Positions 8,915 to 19,976 of a stretch of DNA of 48,816 nucleotides are shown here, in pieces. The first letter of the stretch is position 1, and the number at the start of each line of letters is the position of its first letter. Location of the stretch: IMG/VR virus record IMGVR_UViG_3300027917_000023. One strand, given 5' to 3'. The notes below the pieces were generated by a model. That model had not been told where the DNA came from. It worked only from the letters and a program-made list of their open reading frames with translations, and made no database searches. Origin of the DNA: a virus. The translations under genes were made by a program, and so were the position numbers.

Positions 8915-10486
8915 TTATTCGAAATAGAATCTAACCTGCTGTTCGCCAAGCACGATCATTTCGTTGATACCTATTCCGAACGCAGATTGATCTGCCAATT
9001 GGTTCGTCTTGAGGATATCGTCGGCAGGGTCAAATACTCTGGTAAATTTAACACCATCAATCATCTTCACTGGAGTAGTGATATCGTCTAGGTATAATTC
9101 TTTACCAAGTTCAAAATTGGCAGAATCAAAGAAGTTTGTTATGGCTGTTTCAACTTGGTTCTTAACAGCTGGAGCATCAGCGTCCTTATCCATAATAACA
9201 TCCATCTCCAGCCTTACTCTTTTTATTTCACCATCTAGAACACGCACCTCGTCTGTCGGAGCATTGATTTCTTCTAAAAAAACACTCAAACCATTCTTAA
9301 GCCCAAGACTTGGCTTTACAGGCCCAGACTCGCCTTCTGCAAGAACATACATCTCAACAATATTTGCGTTAAGCGACGTGCGTACAGTAGCAACCGCTTT
9401 TAGAACACTGCCAAATACTGGGTGACTATATCCAGATGCTTTCTGAGCATAATCGGGCCCAGAAACAGCGGCATTGAGAGTGGCCGATTCTCTCGGCGCT
9501 CTTTTCTTCGCGTCTTCAATATCTTCTTCATCTAGCCCACCCTGCGACGGTTTGAGATTCCTGAATGTCACCTCAACTGGCGCAGATGCTGGCGGATCTG
9601 GCTGGAACGGTCTGCTTTCATTTATCCTGCCTGATCCAATCCTGCCCCTGATACCACCACCGACACGATACGTAACAGTAACTTCTTCACCTGATATCGG
9701 TTCTTTACCAGCCTTATTGTCACCAAATATTATTCTTATGCCATTTTCAATCCTAACAACTTCATAAACTTCATTTTCAGGTCCAGCCCTCTGGATTACG
9801 GCTGTTTGTGACCATCTTCTGGTGACTGATCCGCTTCTGACATCAACAAATATTGGCGCACTAAGTATGTTTTTGTCATTGACTATATCTATTGTTTGGC
9901 CAGGCCCGCCAGCAGATACTACGACTTTTGGAGTGTCAAATTTACCCTCAATACCAAATCCCACCACACCACGTTTGGTTGGTAAAATCTGGATTGGATC
10001 AGTCCAGTTATTAGGAGCTCGATATATCTCATATGTCAACAATTTACCATCAGGACCGGTAAGGTTGAACGCTGTACCAGCAGGAATTTGCAATGCAGTA
10101 GGAAGAGCACTAGGCACACTGACTTCAATATCTACAACGGCAGAAGTTGCAGCTCTCAGCGCCTCATTAATTATTTTAAGATGTTCGCTAGTAGCTTCCA
10201 CAGTAAATGAAGATGGTAGGAATGACTCCTGAGCCAAAACTTCACCGCGTTCACTAATAATCGATCCTATAAATGATAGTAGGTCAACCAACATTATAAT
10301 GCCGTTATTATCAACGAAATCATTAAACTGGGTTGGATAATAAGTTCTAATATATTCTATTGATACTCTAAGGAGAGTATCGTAGTCTAAGGCGGTAAAT
10401 TGTATACGTCTTAAATCGGCTGTCGGTAGCTTGACGCCAAAATCGTCAGGCACATTTGGCAAATTGAAGAAAGTTTCTTCCGGCAT
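8915..10486 (-). CDS. Baseplate protein (gpJ/gp6-like, putative)
   Basis: 523-aa ORF immediately downstream of the gp25/W-like gene in a V-W-J-like order. Confidence 0.4.
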   Translation of the reverse strand: MPEETFFNLPNVPDDFGVKLPTADLRRIQFTALDYDTLLRVSIEYIRTYYPTQFNDFVDNNGIIMLVDLLSFIGSIISERGEVLAQESFLPSSFTVEATSEHLKIINEALRAATSAVVDIEVSVPSALPTALQIPAGTAFNLTGPDGKLLTYEIYRAPNNWTDPIQILPTKRGVVGFGIEGKFDTPKVVVSAGGPGQTIDIVNDKNILSAPIFVDVRSGSVTRRWSQTAVIQRAGPENEVYEVVRIENGIRIIFGDNKAGKEPISGEEVTVTYRVGGGIRGRIGSGRINESRPFQPDPPASAPVEVTFRNLKPSQGGLDEEDIEDAKKRAPRESATLNAAVSGPDYAQKASGYSHPVFGSVLKAVATVRTSLNANIVEMYVLAEGESGPVKPSLGLKNGLSVFLEEINAPTDEVRVLDGEIKRVRLEMDVIMDKDADAPAVKNQVETAITNFFDSANFELGKELYLDDITTPVKMIDGVKFTRVFDPADDILKTNQLADQSAFGIGINEMIVLGEQQVRFYFE

Positions 10487-10885
10487 TTATTCAACTCTCA
10501 CCAAAGTCACACCACCATTCGAAACATTTATTTCGATAACAAATCTTTCGTTTGGATTCAAATTTACTGTACCATATATATTTATAATTACTGTTGCATT
10601 ATCTGGCTTCATCTTGACAATCACATCTTGTAACGTAATTCTTGGTTCAAACTCAGATGTGATAGAAAATACCTCAGACCTGATTCGAGAAATATCTTGG
10701 TCTATCAAGTTCTCGAATTGTAGCCCTGGTATTGGGCTGCCATAGTCTGGTTTCATTACCCTTTCGCCGTAGTTAGTCAATAATAACTGAATATAATCAT
10801 TTTTTATGAGCCTAACATCCTGCTGTACAGGAAGCACACCATCTGGCCCAAGAAAAGGCGGATTGTATCCAGTCCATATAGGCAT
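10487..10885 (-). CDS. Baseplate wedge protein, gp25/GPW-like
   Basis: 132-aa ORF of the expected size and position. Call rests on family resemblance, not a search. Confidence 0.55.
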   Translation of the reverse strand: MPIWTGYNPPFLGPDGVLPVQQDVRLIKNDYIQLLLTNYGERVMKPDYGSPIPGLQFENLIDQDISRIRSEVFSITSEFEPRITLQDVIVKMKPDNATVIINIYGTVNLNPNERFVIEINVSNGGVTLVRVE

Positions 10886-10887
10886 TA

Positions 10888-11595
10888 TTATCTCACCAGC
10901 TGCGAAATCGCCAACAATTTATCTCTTAAACTAGCTGACTGCGCTATTAGAACATTAGTCTCATTTATTTTAAGTGTCTGTGCCGCAATCGTCTCATCAC
11001 GTACTTTTGTGACTTTGCTTGTCAGTTCTTCGTCTTCTAAGACACCAAGAGCATCAAGCACTTTATTGGCTTCGTTGATTCTTTTTTGTTGGCTTTCTAT
11101 TATTGATTTATTGTCGGCTATTTGATTTTGTATTGCAGTTAGCTGTTCTTCTATGATGCTCATCGAGCTTGCAGAGTCCTTAACAAGCTCGTTTATTTCT
11201 TCTTGTGTAAGATCGAGACTTTCAAGATCAAGCATGTTGGTATTATGCTGAATTTGTATGCGATTGGGCACTACATTAGTAGAAACACCCTCGACTATTT
11301 GATCGGTAAAATTAAGTATCTGCCCAACTTCAAATAGCTTCTGGGAATTACCCTCTTTTGATTCACCACCTGCTGTCATGGAATAAACCAGCTCACCTAT
11401 TCTATCACGCCTTTCCTCATCTGACCAAACCCTGTTTGGCCTAGTTTTAATCCTCTCTGCTATTGGAAATATTATAAAACTCTCGCCAGACACAGTAGGG
11501 TCTTCGTTAGAAACAGTAAACGTAACATTGCCAACATCGCTTGGTTCTGTTGGTATTTGTCTTTTATACAAACCAGTTGGGTATCGAATTATCAT
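10888..11595 (-). CDS. Baseplate-associated coiled-coil protein (putative)
   Basis: 235-aa ORF with a heptad-like C-terminal region, between the hub and the gp25-like gene. Confidence 0.45.
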   Translation of the reverse strand: MIIRYPTGLYKRQIPTEPSDVGNVTFTVSNEDPTVSGESFIIFPIAERIKTRPNRVWSDEERRDRIGELVYSMTAGGESKEGNSQKLFEVGQILNFTDQIVEGVSTNVVPNRIQIQHNTNMLDLESLDLTQEEINELVKDSASSMSIIEEQLTAIQNQIADNKSIIESQQKRINEANKVLDALGVLEDEELTSKVTKVRDETIAAQTLKINETNVLIAQSASLRDKLLAISQLVR

Positions 11596-14150
11596 TCTAT
11601 CACTTCCAGATAGACATTCTTAATCGAATCTCCATTATATCTAATTATTTCATCGTCAGGATCGTCGCCAAGCAAAGCACCGTCATCAACAGCGACAATC
11701 CTAATTATCAAATTCTCCCCTCCATATTTTTGTACACTGAGTTCCGCAAATTTTTCTCCTTCGGCAACACCATTAGATATAGCCAGAGGAATATACTCAG
11801 ACGTATTATCTTCATCATTTAAAGGATTGGCCAATGACCTCCTCAGTATGCCCTGAGTTATTATTTCATTCCTAAAGTTCGTTGATGTCCCAAACCACAA
11901 CACGCCACTACCGGAAAATTGGTCTATCGGATCAACGACAGGATCTGCCGGTGGCGGAGGACCGCCACCATCTGGTGTTTCATTAACTATATCGGGTGGC
12001 CCACCAGACGGATCAAACACGTCTGGGTTATTACCATTGCTGTCAGTTTGCGGAGGATTGTTGTTCCTACCCCCTTCACCAGGACCACAATGCACAACCT
12101 TTGGGTCTACCGGGCCTTTCTGCGGTTTAGTGGGATCACAGCCCCTTTCTTTATCAAAATCTTCTGGCTTCAGCGGTTCACACTGCATCGGTGACGGCGG
12201 AGAAGGCGACGGAGTGGAACCACATGGCGAAGCAAACCCAGTGGGGTGCAATGGTTTTTGCAGCTCTTTATGTTTACCACACATTGTATTGGTATAAAAG
12301 TCCATAGTCCTCAATGTAGGGCCGACCTTCACGTCAGCACCTTTAATGTTGACAAGCCCACCAGCAAGCATATCAATGTTGCCGCCAGCTTGCATCTTGA
12401 TGTTGCTTTGGGCTATGATTTCTACATCTTGCTGGGCAAAGATTTGTACATTCTTAATACCATTTCTAATTATGATATAGTCAGTATCATCATTGATACA
12501 AATATACTTCTTTTTCTTCTTGCCCCTCCATACAGCAAAGTTATTGTCTTTCGACAGCCAAATACCTCTGTCGTCCTCATCTCTCATTTCCATCCATGTT
12601 CCGCCGCACCCGTCGTCACCACCGCCATCTCTTGCTTCTATGCCTTGAAATTTGGGCGTCTTGAGACGGATATACTTGTTTTTCTCATCGAGTATCAAAT
12701 GATATGAATACTTTTCAACATTCAGACCCTTGAATGTCTTTAACGCCCAAGGTACTCTTTTATATGGTCCGTCAAACTTTCTTGCGATCGTCTGTGGAGG
12801 CTTTGTCGTTAGGGCAATATAATCCCATCTTTGGTTTATTTCTAAACCATGGCCGCTTGATGTATACATAGCCCATCTTTGGAGTTCATCTTTAAGGTTG
12901 AATTCACATCCAAAGAAATGGCCATCCCGCCTACCGCCCATAAATATACCATTGCCGTAAGGCTGCTCTTTATTTTGAGGGTCCTTTGGGTCAGATCCAG
13001 CATCATCGCCAGCAAATGTGATTTGATAAGATGTACACCAGTACCATCCTCTAGCGTCTTTTTGGCCATCTCCCCATTGTTCGTCATTAAACGGTCTTAC
13101 ACCAACATCAGATTTGTTGAGCCTCTTTATAAAATTATGTTTTTCCATATCAGCACCTTTAGACCACATGCGCATATACATGCCGTCTTTAGATGCTATT
13201 CTTATCCACGCCTGGTTTTCCTCATCTTTACCTTGTACATCAGTCAATTCTATTTGATCATCAAATTCACCATCTCTTGATTTATTCCACCCAACATCTC
13301 GCATTTCAATCTTGTGTCCGAATCTAGTTCGCCACTCCATTCTACGCTGGTCATAACCTTCTGCATCTCCTTCGCTAAGAAGTTTTTGCATATATTTCCA
13401 GCGTTTAATTTCAAAATCTTCATCCTCGTCAAAATCGCCGTCGAATTCATTCTTCCATTTAAAACCAACATCAGAAAACACACCATAATTCCCATATTTT
13501 GAGACGTGCGTGATAAGCTTGAAATCTGGTTTGTTTTCTTCTGGTGATTTGGTTGAGGCTTTGAACGCCCCTTGTGTTACTGGATCAGTACCAACGGGAG
13601 CAGCTTTTTCTGCGTGTTCCTTTGGAAAGAATCCAGTGGATCCCATATAGAATAAGTTGCCATATCTATCTCTAAATCCGGTGCTCTTTGGCCTTTCATC
13701 TTTTGGAAGATAATCTTCATCATAATCATCTGGAGCTTCAGCAGGTTCACCTTTTTCATTTACTGCAATTTGTGTCTTGCCATAAATAGACTCTAGTGCA
13801 TAAAATTTCCTTCTTGTAGGATCTGCAGCACCTCTATAAATAAGGCCATATGGGTGATTCTTTTCGAAGTCAACCCAAACATAGTCGCCGATATTTATAT
13901 CGTACCATGATCCAGCTCTCTTGCCACCCATATCTGGTGCTGGAACAGCCCACGGGCATTGCTCAGGCTTAAGATCCTCGTCATGTAGTTCAGGTATCTT
14001 AACTCTAACGCGGAAATCACGCAACGGATCATTAGTTTCAACAACCTTGGCCCTATATGGTGGTTTGAATCTATCGCCAAGTCTCTTTGTGCGATCTTTG
14101 AAGAAATCGCCAAAAAGTTTATCCATCGTAGTGACAGCACCGTCACTCAT
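11592..14150 (-). CDS. Baseplate central hub/spike protein (gpV/gp5-like N-terminal OB domain), with Pro/Gly-rich C-terminal region
   Basis: 852-aa ORF. N-terminal 'YRAKVVETNDPLRDFRVRVKIPELH' resembles the spike OB domain. Gene sits between the tape-measure side and the wedge genes. Confidence 0.55.
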   Translation of the reverse strand: MSDGAVTTMDKLFGDFFKDRTKRLGDRFKPPYRAKVVETNDPLRDFRVRVKIPELHDEDLKPEQCPWAVPAPDMGGKRAGSWYDINIGDYVWVDFEKNHPYGLIYRGAADPTRRKFYALESIYGKTQIAVNEKGEPAEAPDDYDEDYLPKDERPKSTGFRDRYGNLFYMGSTGFFPKEHAEKAAPVGTDPVTQGAFKASTKSPEENKPDFKLITHVSKYGNYGVFSDVGFKWKNEFDGDFDEDEDFEIKRWKYMQKLLSEGDAEGYDQRRMEWRTRFGHKIEMRDVGWNKSRDGEFDDQIELTDVQGKDEENQAWIRIASKDGMYMRMWSKGADMEKHNFIKRLNKSDVGVRPFNDEQWGDGQKDARGWYWCTSYQITFAGDDAGSDPKDPQNKEQPYGNGIFMGGRRDGHFFGCEFNLKDELQRWAMYTSSGHGLEINQRWDYIALTTKPPQTIARKFDGPYKRVPWALKTFKGLNVEKYSYHLILDEKNKYIRLKTPKFQGIEARDGGGDDGCGGTWMEMRDEDDRGIWLSKDNNFAVWRGKKKKKYICINDDTDYIIIRNGIKNVQIFAQQDVEIIAQSNIKMQAGGNIDMLAGGLVNIKGADVKVGPTLRTMDFYTNTMCGKHKELQKPLHPTGFASPCGSTPSPSPPSPMQCEPLKPEDFDKERGCDPTKPQKGPVDPKVVHCGPGEGGRNNNPPQTDSNGNNPDVFDPSGGPPDIVNETPDGGGPPPPADPVVDPIDQFSGSGVLWFGTSTNFRNEIITQGILRRSLANPLNDEDNTSEYIPLAISNGVAEGEKFAELSVQKYGGENLIIRIVAVDDGALLGDDPDDEIIRYNGDSIKNVYLEVIE

Positions 14151-14473
14151 AATTCTCTCCAGACTACTGAGTTCTTAGGTGCCTCTATGGTGGTTGATGT
14201 CTTCGGCCATCCATCGAATGGATTGATCACGTTGTTAAATAAAATAAGAATCCACTTGAATTGCGTCGTGCCGTAAAGATCATTCGATATTAAATCTGGT
14301 CTTCCAGCCCTATTATTCTTTATTTCGACACGCACGATATCGTTGTCGCTCAGTTTGTCCCTCTGTAGGAACTGATACTTCTTCATTAGTCCAGGGACGA
14401 TTTTGCCGTCGAACTCAACCAGCTCAGTCAATTTAAATCTAGAAGTCGATTTAAAGATCGACATTAGTACCAT
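14147..14473 (-). CDS. Tail protein X-like (LysM-like motif)
   Basis: 108-aa ORF. Segment 'RPDLISNDLYGTTQFKWILILFNNV' resembles LysM. Confidence 0.4.
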   Translation of the reverse strand: MVLMSIFKSTSRFKLTELVEFDGKIVPGLMKKYQFLQRDKLSDNDIVRVEIKNNRAGRPDLISNDLYGTTQFKWILILFNNVINPFDGWPKTSTTIEAPKNSVVWREL

Positions 14474-15090
14474 TCCTTCCTTGGGACATTAGGTACGAAT
14501 TGTGTGTCCTTTAATTGTCTGACCGATTCAGCATCGCTTGCGTCAGCACCAATCTTGGTCACCATCTGCAGGTCCATCTTGATAGTTGTTATTTGTGGGT
14601 ACGCCTTAGTCAGATCCAAAATTAGCTCGTCAGAATGCGACACCGAAGCTTGGTCTAAACGCCATGTGCTCATTTTGGTAATTGCTGGTGCAGTTTCATA
14701 CAAAATCAACTGAATCAACGGAGGAGCAACTTTCTGTTTCCCTTGCACTGGCCTATAAAAATAACCCATAATGGTGTGCACGGTCTTGGATATTTTGTCT
14801 GCACCCCATGGTCCACCAGTAAGAACGTACTTTAGCTCGATCGACAACTTAGTTGCGGAAGAACCCATCCAGAATGCTATTGGTTCATACGACGTTACAT
14901 CTTCTTCTTTCCACCTTGATGCTTTACTGTTAGACAGAATTCTTGGTGGAAACTGTAATTCTATACGGCCCCTACTCGGTAACGGCCATTCATCGATCGG
15001 ATCGGCACCGCCGCCAGCTATCGAATTATCAACGATAAAGATTTGCACCTTATCGACTATATTACGATCTGCTTCAATCTGTTCAAACAT
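14464..15090 (-). CDS. Tail/baseplate assembly protein (putative)
   Basis: 208-aa ORF between the tape measure and the hub. Confidence 0.45.
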   Translation of the reverse strand: MFEQIEADRNIVDKVQIFIVDNSIAGGGADPIDEWPLPSRGRIELQFPPRILSNSKASRWKEEDVTSYEPIAFWMGSSATKLSIELKYVLTGGPWGADKISKTVHTIMGYFYRPVQGKQKVAPPLIQLILYETAPAITKMSTWRLDQASVSHSDELILDLTKAYPQITTIKMDLQMVTKIGADASDAESVRQLKDTQFVPNVPRKEWY

Positions 15091-15094
15091 TTAT

Positions 15095-18000
15095 CTATCC
15101 CCAAGCAGCATAAATTGGACCAAGCTTTGGTGGAGTTTCAGCCATTTTCGGAAGATAGGTCTGCAGAATCGCAATTATATTCTTGACGTCCTCACCATCC
15201 TTTATGAGCGACAATATTGCTTCCAACGGTGTCGCCAATGACCCAAGCTTATCCACCAACTGTTTGAGCTCTTTCTCAGATTTAGTGTCACGACCCATTT
15301 CCTGATCTAATGTTTGGGCCACTGGTCTGGTTGGAGGTGGAGTGCCGGTTATGGCGTATTGTATTTTCTCAAGTGGCGTCATAACCTCAGATATATCGAC
15401 TGGTCCGCCATGGCTACGCCTATCACGCCCAACCATCTTGTCAACTTCGCCCATCGGGTCTAATATTCTTTTAAAAAACCCGCCAACAACTGGAAATTGG
15501 CTCATGATGGCCCTACCTATGCCAGACCATGGCATAACCAGTTGGGTCAAGAACGGTAAAGCCGCTTTTACACCAGTATCAATGCCCAAAAGACCTGACC
15601 CGAATAGCTTACTTTTTACCCAGGATGCAGCTTTGCCAACAACTGGAACTTTCTCAGCCAAACCAAGCATGCTCTTAGCGGCACCCTTGGCACCATCCAC
15701 GATAGCCTTAAATGGCTTCGATATGATTTCGCCAGCTTTCTTCGCAATGTCCGCTACTTTAGAAAAGGCATCAATCACCCAGTTTACTGGCCCCATTATG
15801 GTGGCTATACCCTCTTTAATATGCAAGAAACTTGACCCAAATAATGCTTCTTTTACACTTATTATTGCACCCCATATTTTCTCAAATAATGGAATAAAAT
15901 ATTGAATAATATTGAATACGGCGACAATTGGATTAACCATACCGATCACTAATCTAGTAATTACTCCAAGTGCCTTGCCTACCCATTTTACCCCTTCTAG
16001 TATCTTGCCCCACCACTCGGGTGCTTTGTTATCACCACCAAATAGAGCAAGTAAGGCGTCCATTTGTTTCTTAATCCACCCAAGACCATCTACAATCGGC
16101 TTGATCATCTCGTTGTAAATAGGCTCACCAAATCCCTCCCATAACGCTGTCGCAACATCTTTCACCACTGAGTAGAGACCTTTGAGTGTTGCCCACAGTA
16201 ACTTCACACCAAAGATTATTGGGGCAAAAACAACCTTAGCAATTTTCCCTATTACCCAAAATGCTGCACCTATAGCTGCCATATAAGCGACCACTGGTGC
16301 CAGCAACGAACCAATAGCGACGATAGCTGCACCAACCGCAACGAGTGCTGGCTTCAGAATAGTAGTAGCAGCGAATACTACACCTTCTATTACATGAAAT
16401 TTCTCCATCATATCTAGCACAGTTGTTATAATTGATACAAACGGTTTAACCGATTTAACCACTGACTCAAACGCGCTCACTATCGGCTTCATGATCTTGG
16501 TAGCCATCGCTAGCAGCGGCTCGAATATCCTTACTAATTGCTGTTTAAATGTGCCAAGTGATTCTTCATATCTCTTATTGATTTCTTGGTTCTTCTCTGC
16601 TTCTTTGGCCAGATCTTGATACCTTTTCGTGATCTCAGCCATCGACTTGCCCTGTTCTTTCATCTGATGAATCATGTCGATAGTGGAAGCTTTTAATCCA
16701 GTAACCCCGGCCATAACCTTCTTTTGCACAGGGTCCATATTTGCCCAGCCAGCAGTAATTTGCATCACACCATCAGCCATCATTTGGGCTCTCATGGCCG
16801 GATCTTTGAGATTCTGCCCGACCACACCAGTTACCATGGCCAGTTTACTTAATGGGTCTTCAGTCATTTTCATCAAGTCTGCAGCTTGTTCTGCACCACC
16901 ACCAAGCTTCTTGAATTCTTCTGTCAACCCAAACACTGCACTGGCATACTGTTCAACTGCTTCCGGGGCGAACATTGCCCTTAATTCTGGACCTTTGGCA
17001 AGCAGGTCGCCAAGAATTTTGTCCAATTCAGCAGCAGACATGCCCATTCTGGTCATTGCTACTGTAGCCATACCAAACATTCTATCAGTGGCCGACGAAT
17101 CCTTCGTCAATCCCTGCATCATATGGGCCATTTTGGCGCTTTTGTCTTCGCTAATACCAGTCGCGATACTGAATTTAGCCACTGATTTTGTTAGATTGTC
17201 AAACTGTTTGCCAGAAGCCACCATGGTCACACCAGCATCAACCATAGCTTTCATGGTTTTGTTGGCTTCAGCAGCAGTGAGGCCAAGCTCAGCCCTTAGG
17301 TCCTGCGATCTGGCTACCGCCTCATCAATCGATCCTATCGCTCTGTACGTCGCAGTCCTAAATTCTTCTTGCGCCCCAGAAAAGTTCTTGATTGCTTCGG
17401 TTACTAAGATCAACGATGCCTTAAGAATATTTCCAGTCTTTGCGGCTCTTATGAAAGCGCCAGTAGCTCCTTCATTAGCCCCAACTGCAGATGCCAATCC
17501 TTCAAACGCCGCAAACGCAGTGGAAGCAGCTTTTTTGGTTAAATCAATTGCCGCAGCCGCAGCAGCTCCATATGGTCCTAATTTAGATAAAGTACCTCCA
17601 AGAGCGCCAGCACTACCAGCCGCACCACTCATCCCCTTAGACAACTTACCCATCGTGTCTGCAGACGCAATATTGCTAATGCCTGAGAACGATTTTGGCA
17701 ATACGTCGCCAAGTTCAGCGAATGACAAACTGCCTTTCTTTCCAAGATTAGCAACATCATTTATAGATTTCTGAGCGCCCTGGCCGATACTGTCAATTCC
17801 AACCAGCAATTGGTCAGCACCTTCTGGCAATACACCAAATGCATCCGCTATTTGTGCTACTTGCCCAATACTCTCTTTACTAACAGGTGATATCTGATCG
17901 AATATCGACCAAAAAATGCCAGCTCGTTCTTTAGTCTCATTAAGAGCATTAGTAGCCTGTGTTTTCCATTGATCCCACTGCTTTGCATTCTTCTCAACTT

Positions 18001-18445
18001 CCATAGTCGAGATTGCTTGTTCAACATTTAGCCTAGACAACTCATCACCCATTTGCTGGAATTCTTCTGGCAGAGCAACTCCAGCCTTTTGCAACTGGTT
18101 GACTGACTTGCTGACCAGATCAAGTGTCTTCCCATGATCTTCCATATGCTCATTGAAGCTAATATATCCATCATCAACTTTCTGTATGCTTTCTTTATAA
18201 AGGTCCATTTGCTCTTGCAGTTTTTGGTATGTTACACGCACATCTTCGCTAGCATCTTTCATCTTTACTGTGCTAGTCGCTATTTCTTCATATTGGCCAG
18301 TACCAACATCTATTTTGATTTTCTGTGACAAAGACTTGTTGATCGTAGCTATTTTAGAAGCAATATCCTGCAGCATGTTCATTGCAGGACCGGCATCAAG
18401 CTTGAATTCAAGCCCAAGGCTATATGTGTTTATATCACCTGGCAT
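15095..18445 (-). CDS. Tail tape-measure protein
   Basis: 1116-aa ORF, Ala/Gly/Met-rich with hydrophobic segments near the C-terminus, inside the tail module. Confidence 0.7.
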   Translation of the reverse strand: MPGDINTYSLGLEFKLDAGPAMNMLQDIASKIATINKSLSQKIKIDVGTGQYEEIATSTVKMKDASEDVRVTYQKLQEQMDLYKESIQKVDDGYISFNEHMEDHGKTLDLVSKSVNQLQKAGVALPEEFQQMGDELSRLNVEQAISTMEVEKNAKQWDQWKTQATNALNETKERAGIFWSIFDQISPVSKESIGQVAQIADAFGVLPEGADQLLVGIDSIGQGAQKSINDVANLGKKGSLSFAELGDVLPKSFSGISNIASADTMGKLSKGMSGAAGSAGALGGTLSKLGPYGAAAAAAIDLTKKAASTAFAAFEGLASAVGANEGATGAFIRAAKTGNILKASLILVTEAIKNFSGAQEEFRTATYRAIGSIDEAVARSQDLRAELGLTAAEANKTMKAMVDAGVTMVASGKQFDNLTKSVAKFSIATGISEDKSAKMAHMMQGLTKDSSATDRMFGMATVAMTRMGMSAAELDKILGDLLAKGPELRAMFAPEAVEQYASAVFGLTEEFKKLGGGAEQAADLMKMTEDPLSKLAMVTGVVGQNLKDPAMRAQMMADGVMQITAGWANMDPVQKKVMAGVTGLKASTIDMIHQMKEQGKSMAEITKRYQDLAKEAEKNQEINKRYEESLGTFKQQLVRIFEPLLAMATKIMKPIVSAFESVVKSVKPFVSIITTVLDMMEKFHVIEGVVFAATTILKPALVAVGAAIVAIGSLLAPVVAYMAAIGAAFWVIGKIAKVVFAPIIFGVKLLWATLKGLYSVVKDVATALWEGFGEPIYNEMIKPIVDGLGWIKKQMDALLALFGGDNKAPEWWGKILEGVKWVGKALGVITRLVIGMVNPIVAVFNIIQYFIPLFEKIWGAIISVKEALFGSSFLHIKEGIATIMGPVNWVIDAFSKVADIAKKAGEIISKPFKAIVDGAKGAAKSMLGLAEKVPVVGKAASWVKSKLFGSGLLGIDTGVKAALPFLTQLVMPWSGIGRAIMSQFPVVGGFFKRILDPMGEVDKMVGRDRRSHGGPVDISEVMTPLEKIQYAITGTPPPTRPVAQTLDQEMGRDTKSEKELKQLVDKLGSLATPLEAILSLIKDGEDVKNIIAILQTYLPKMAETPPKLGPIYAAWG

Positions 18446-19670
18446 TCGGTCCTACTTTCCTTGCCGAGGCGTCAAAATCAAGCCTGTTGAGATACAAGGT
18501 AGTGTGCCAGCCACCAGGATATATCGTATGATAAAACCCACTTAACATCCAATGACCTGCCATGAAGTATGGTTCGTTATCAGTACCAATCCACTGCAAC
18601 GAAGCAGTCGAGACGCCTAATTCCGTTGGGTCATCAAACTCAGGCTCGCCTTGCACATTAAGTGCTATCCTGGTAATAAACCCAAGCATATTCAAATATT
18701 CTCTTCTATTCCTACCGTCGATATATTCCTTATAGTTTAAACCAATATTTCCGGCAGAGTCCTCTGGTATAGAGTGTACGAACGTCGCGAATTCTTTGCT
18801 TGTAACTTTATATCCTCTATCCTGGCCGAATACAGTGTTGGCCTTGTTGCCAGTGTTTTTGTCATAAACTTTAACCTTGTCAGGTTCCGTGATTTTATCT
18901 AAATAATGCCCTGACACAGCAGACATACCAGCTGTGTGCTCTTCGGAATACAAAACATGCGAGAAATTGTCGAATAACGCTTCATAACTAATTACGTTAT
19001 CCGCACCTGGGTCCTTCGCGCTGACTTTGTATGTCTTGAAATCTTTACTTACTAAGTCATATTCTTCTTTTATGACTAACTTCTCATCTTTTGAATTTAT
19101 AACCCACTTAGTCTTATTTGGTGTAATAGATGAAGACCACTCAAGCAGTGATTGGATGAATGTCTTTGGATCCTGCCGCATCATCCACCAGCTGCCTTTA
19201 GTGTTGTCAATCGTTTTGGTGATTTCTACATCAGAAACGCCATTCTCTTGGCAAACCTGCCTGATAACGTCAGAAACAGAGCCCTCATAGTATTTGCCTT
19301 CCGCCTTACCACGACTAAGCAACCATGTCGGTGGGTCCATCGCTATAAATTCGACCTTAGCATTTTCATTTTGGCCGCTGATGTATACGTTGACCAAATA
19401 GGCTATCCTGTCTTCAGTTTTAATTGTCTTCGGACCCTTCCACTCCAACCTAAAAATTACTTTTACTGGCTCATTCCTGGCATTCTTAAGATAATATTGC
19501 TCCATTACCTCTTTAAACATGTTGAAATATGGATCGGTCAGTTTTGCCCTAATAACATACCCATTGTTGATCATCGCTTTCCACTCTAGACGTATCCATT
19601 TAGGCGCGACGTTGATATCTTCGATGATCAACTTGATATCTGTTGCATGACCAGTTGTTGGCTCACCCAT
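18435..19670 (-). CDS. Tail-associated protein (411 aa)
   Basis: ORF overlapping the TMP start by 11 nt. Confidence 0.45.
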   Translation of the reverse strand: MGEPTTGHATDIKLIIEDINVAPKWIRLEWKAMINNGYVIRAKLTDPYFNMFKEVMEQYYLKNARNEPVKVIFRLEWKGPKTIKTEDRIAYLVNVYISGQNENAKVEFIAMDPPTWLLSRGKAEGKYYEGSVSDVIRQVCQENGVSDVEITKTIDNTKGSWWMMRQDPKTFIQSLLEWSSSITPNKTKWVINSKDEKLVIKEEYDLVSKDFKTYKVSAKDPGADNVISYEALFDNFSHVLYSEEHTAGMSAVSGHYLDKITEPDKVKVYDKNTGNKANTVFGQDRGYKVTSKEFATFVHSIPEDSAGNIGLNYKEYIDGRNRREYLNMLGFITRIALNVQGEPEFDDPTELGVSTASLQWIGTDNEPYFMAGHWMLSGFYHTIYPGGWHTTLYLNRLDFDASARKVGPNAR

Positions 19671-19947
19671 TTACCACATATTCTTTCTGTATCTTATAAC
19701 GCCCTTTTTTAAGAGTAACCAAGGCATTTCTGAATGATGGTACATTTTTGTCAAGCCAATTCATCATATCCTTCGGAGACATGTTGGCTAGTTCCTCGAT
19801 TTTATTCCTCATTCTCTTAATGTCGTTATCGTTCAGTTTAGACGCTTTTAACCCAACTAGAATACCCTTATTGTCCATCTCTATTGGCACAATAAGGGTA
19901 TTCTCCTTACTCTTCCCAACCCAATACTGTACATCCAGTAAGCGCAT
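19663..19947 (-). CDS. Hypothetical protein (94 aa)
   Basis: ORF. The TATAAATA motif (rc of 19951-19958) lies just upstream. Confidence 0.45.
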   Translation of the reverse strand: MRLLDVQYWVGKSKENTLIVPIEMDNKGILVGLKASKLNDNDIKRMRNKIEELANMSPKDMMNWLDKNVPSFRNALVTLKKGRYKIQKEYVVNG

Positions 19948-19976
19948 TCTATTCTTATTTATATTTGAAATGGACC

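Noticed and set aside
15342-17774. Long +-strand ORFs (187 and 366 aa) inside the tape-measure gene
   Set aside because: They are antisense to a 1116-aa gene with coherent repeats. The Ala/Ser-rich antisense translation is typical of spurious ORFs opposite GC-skewed coding sequence.
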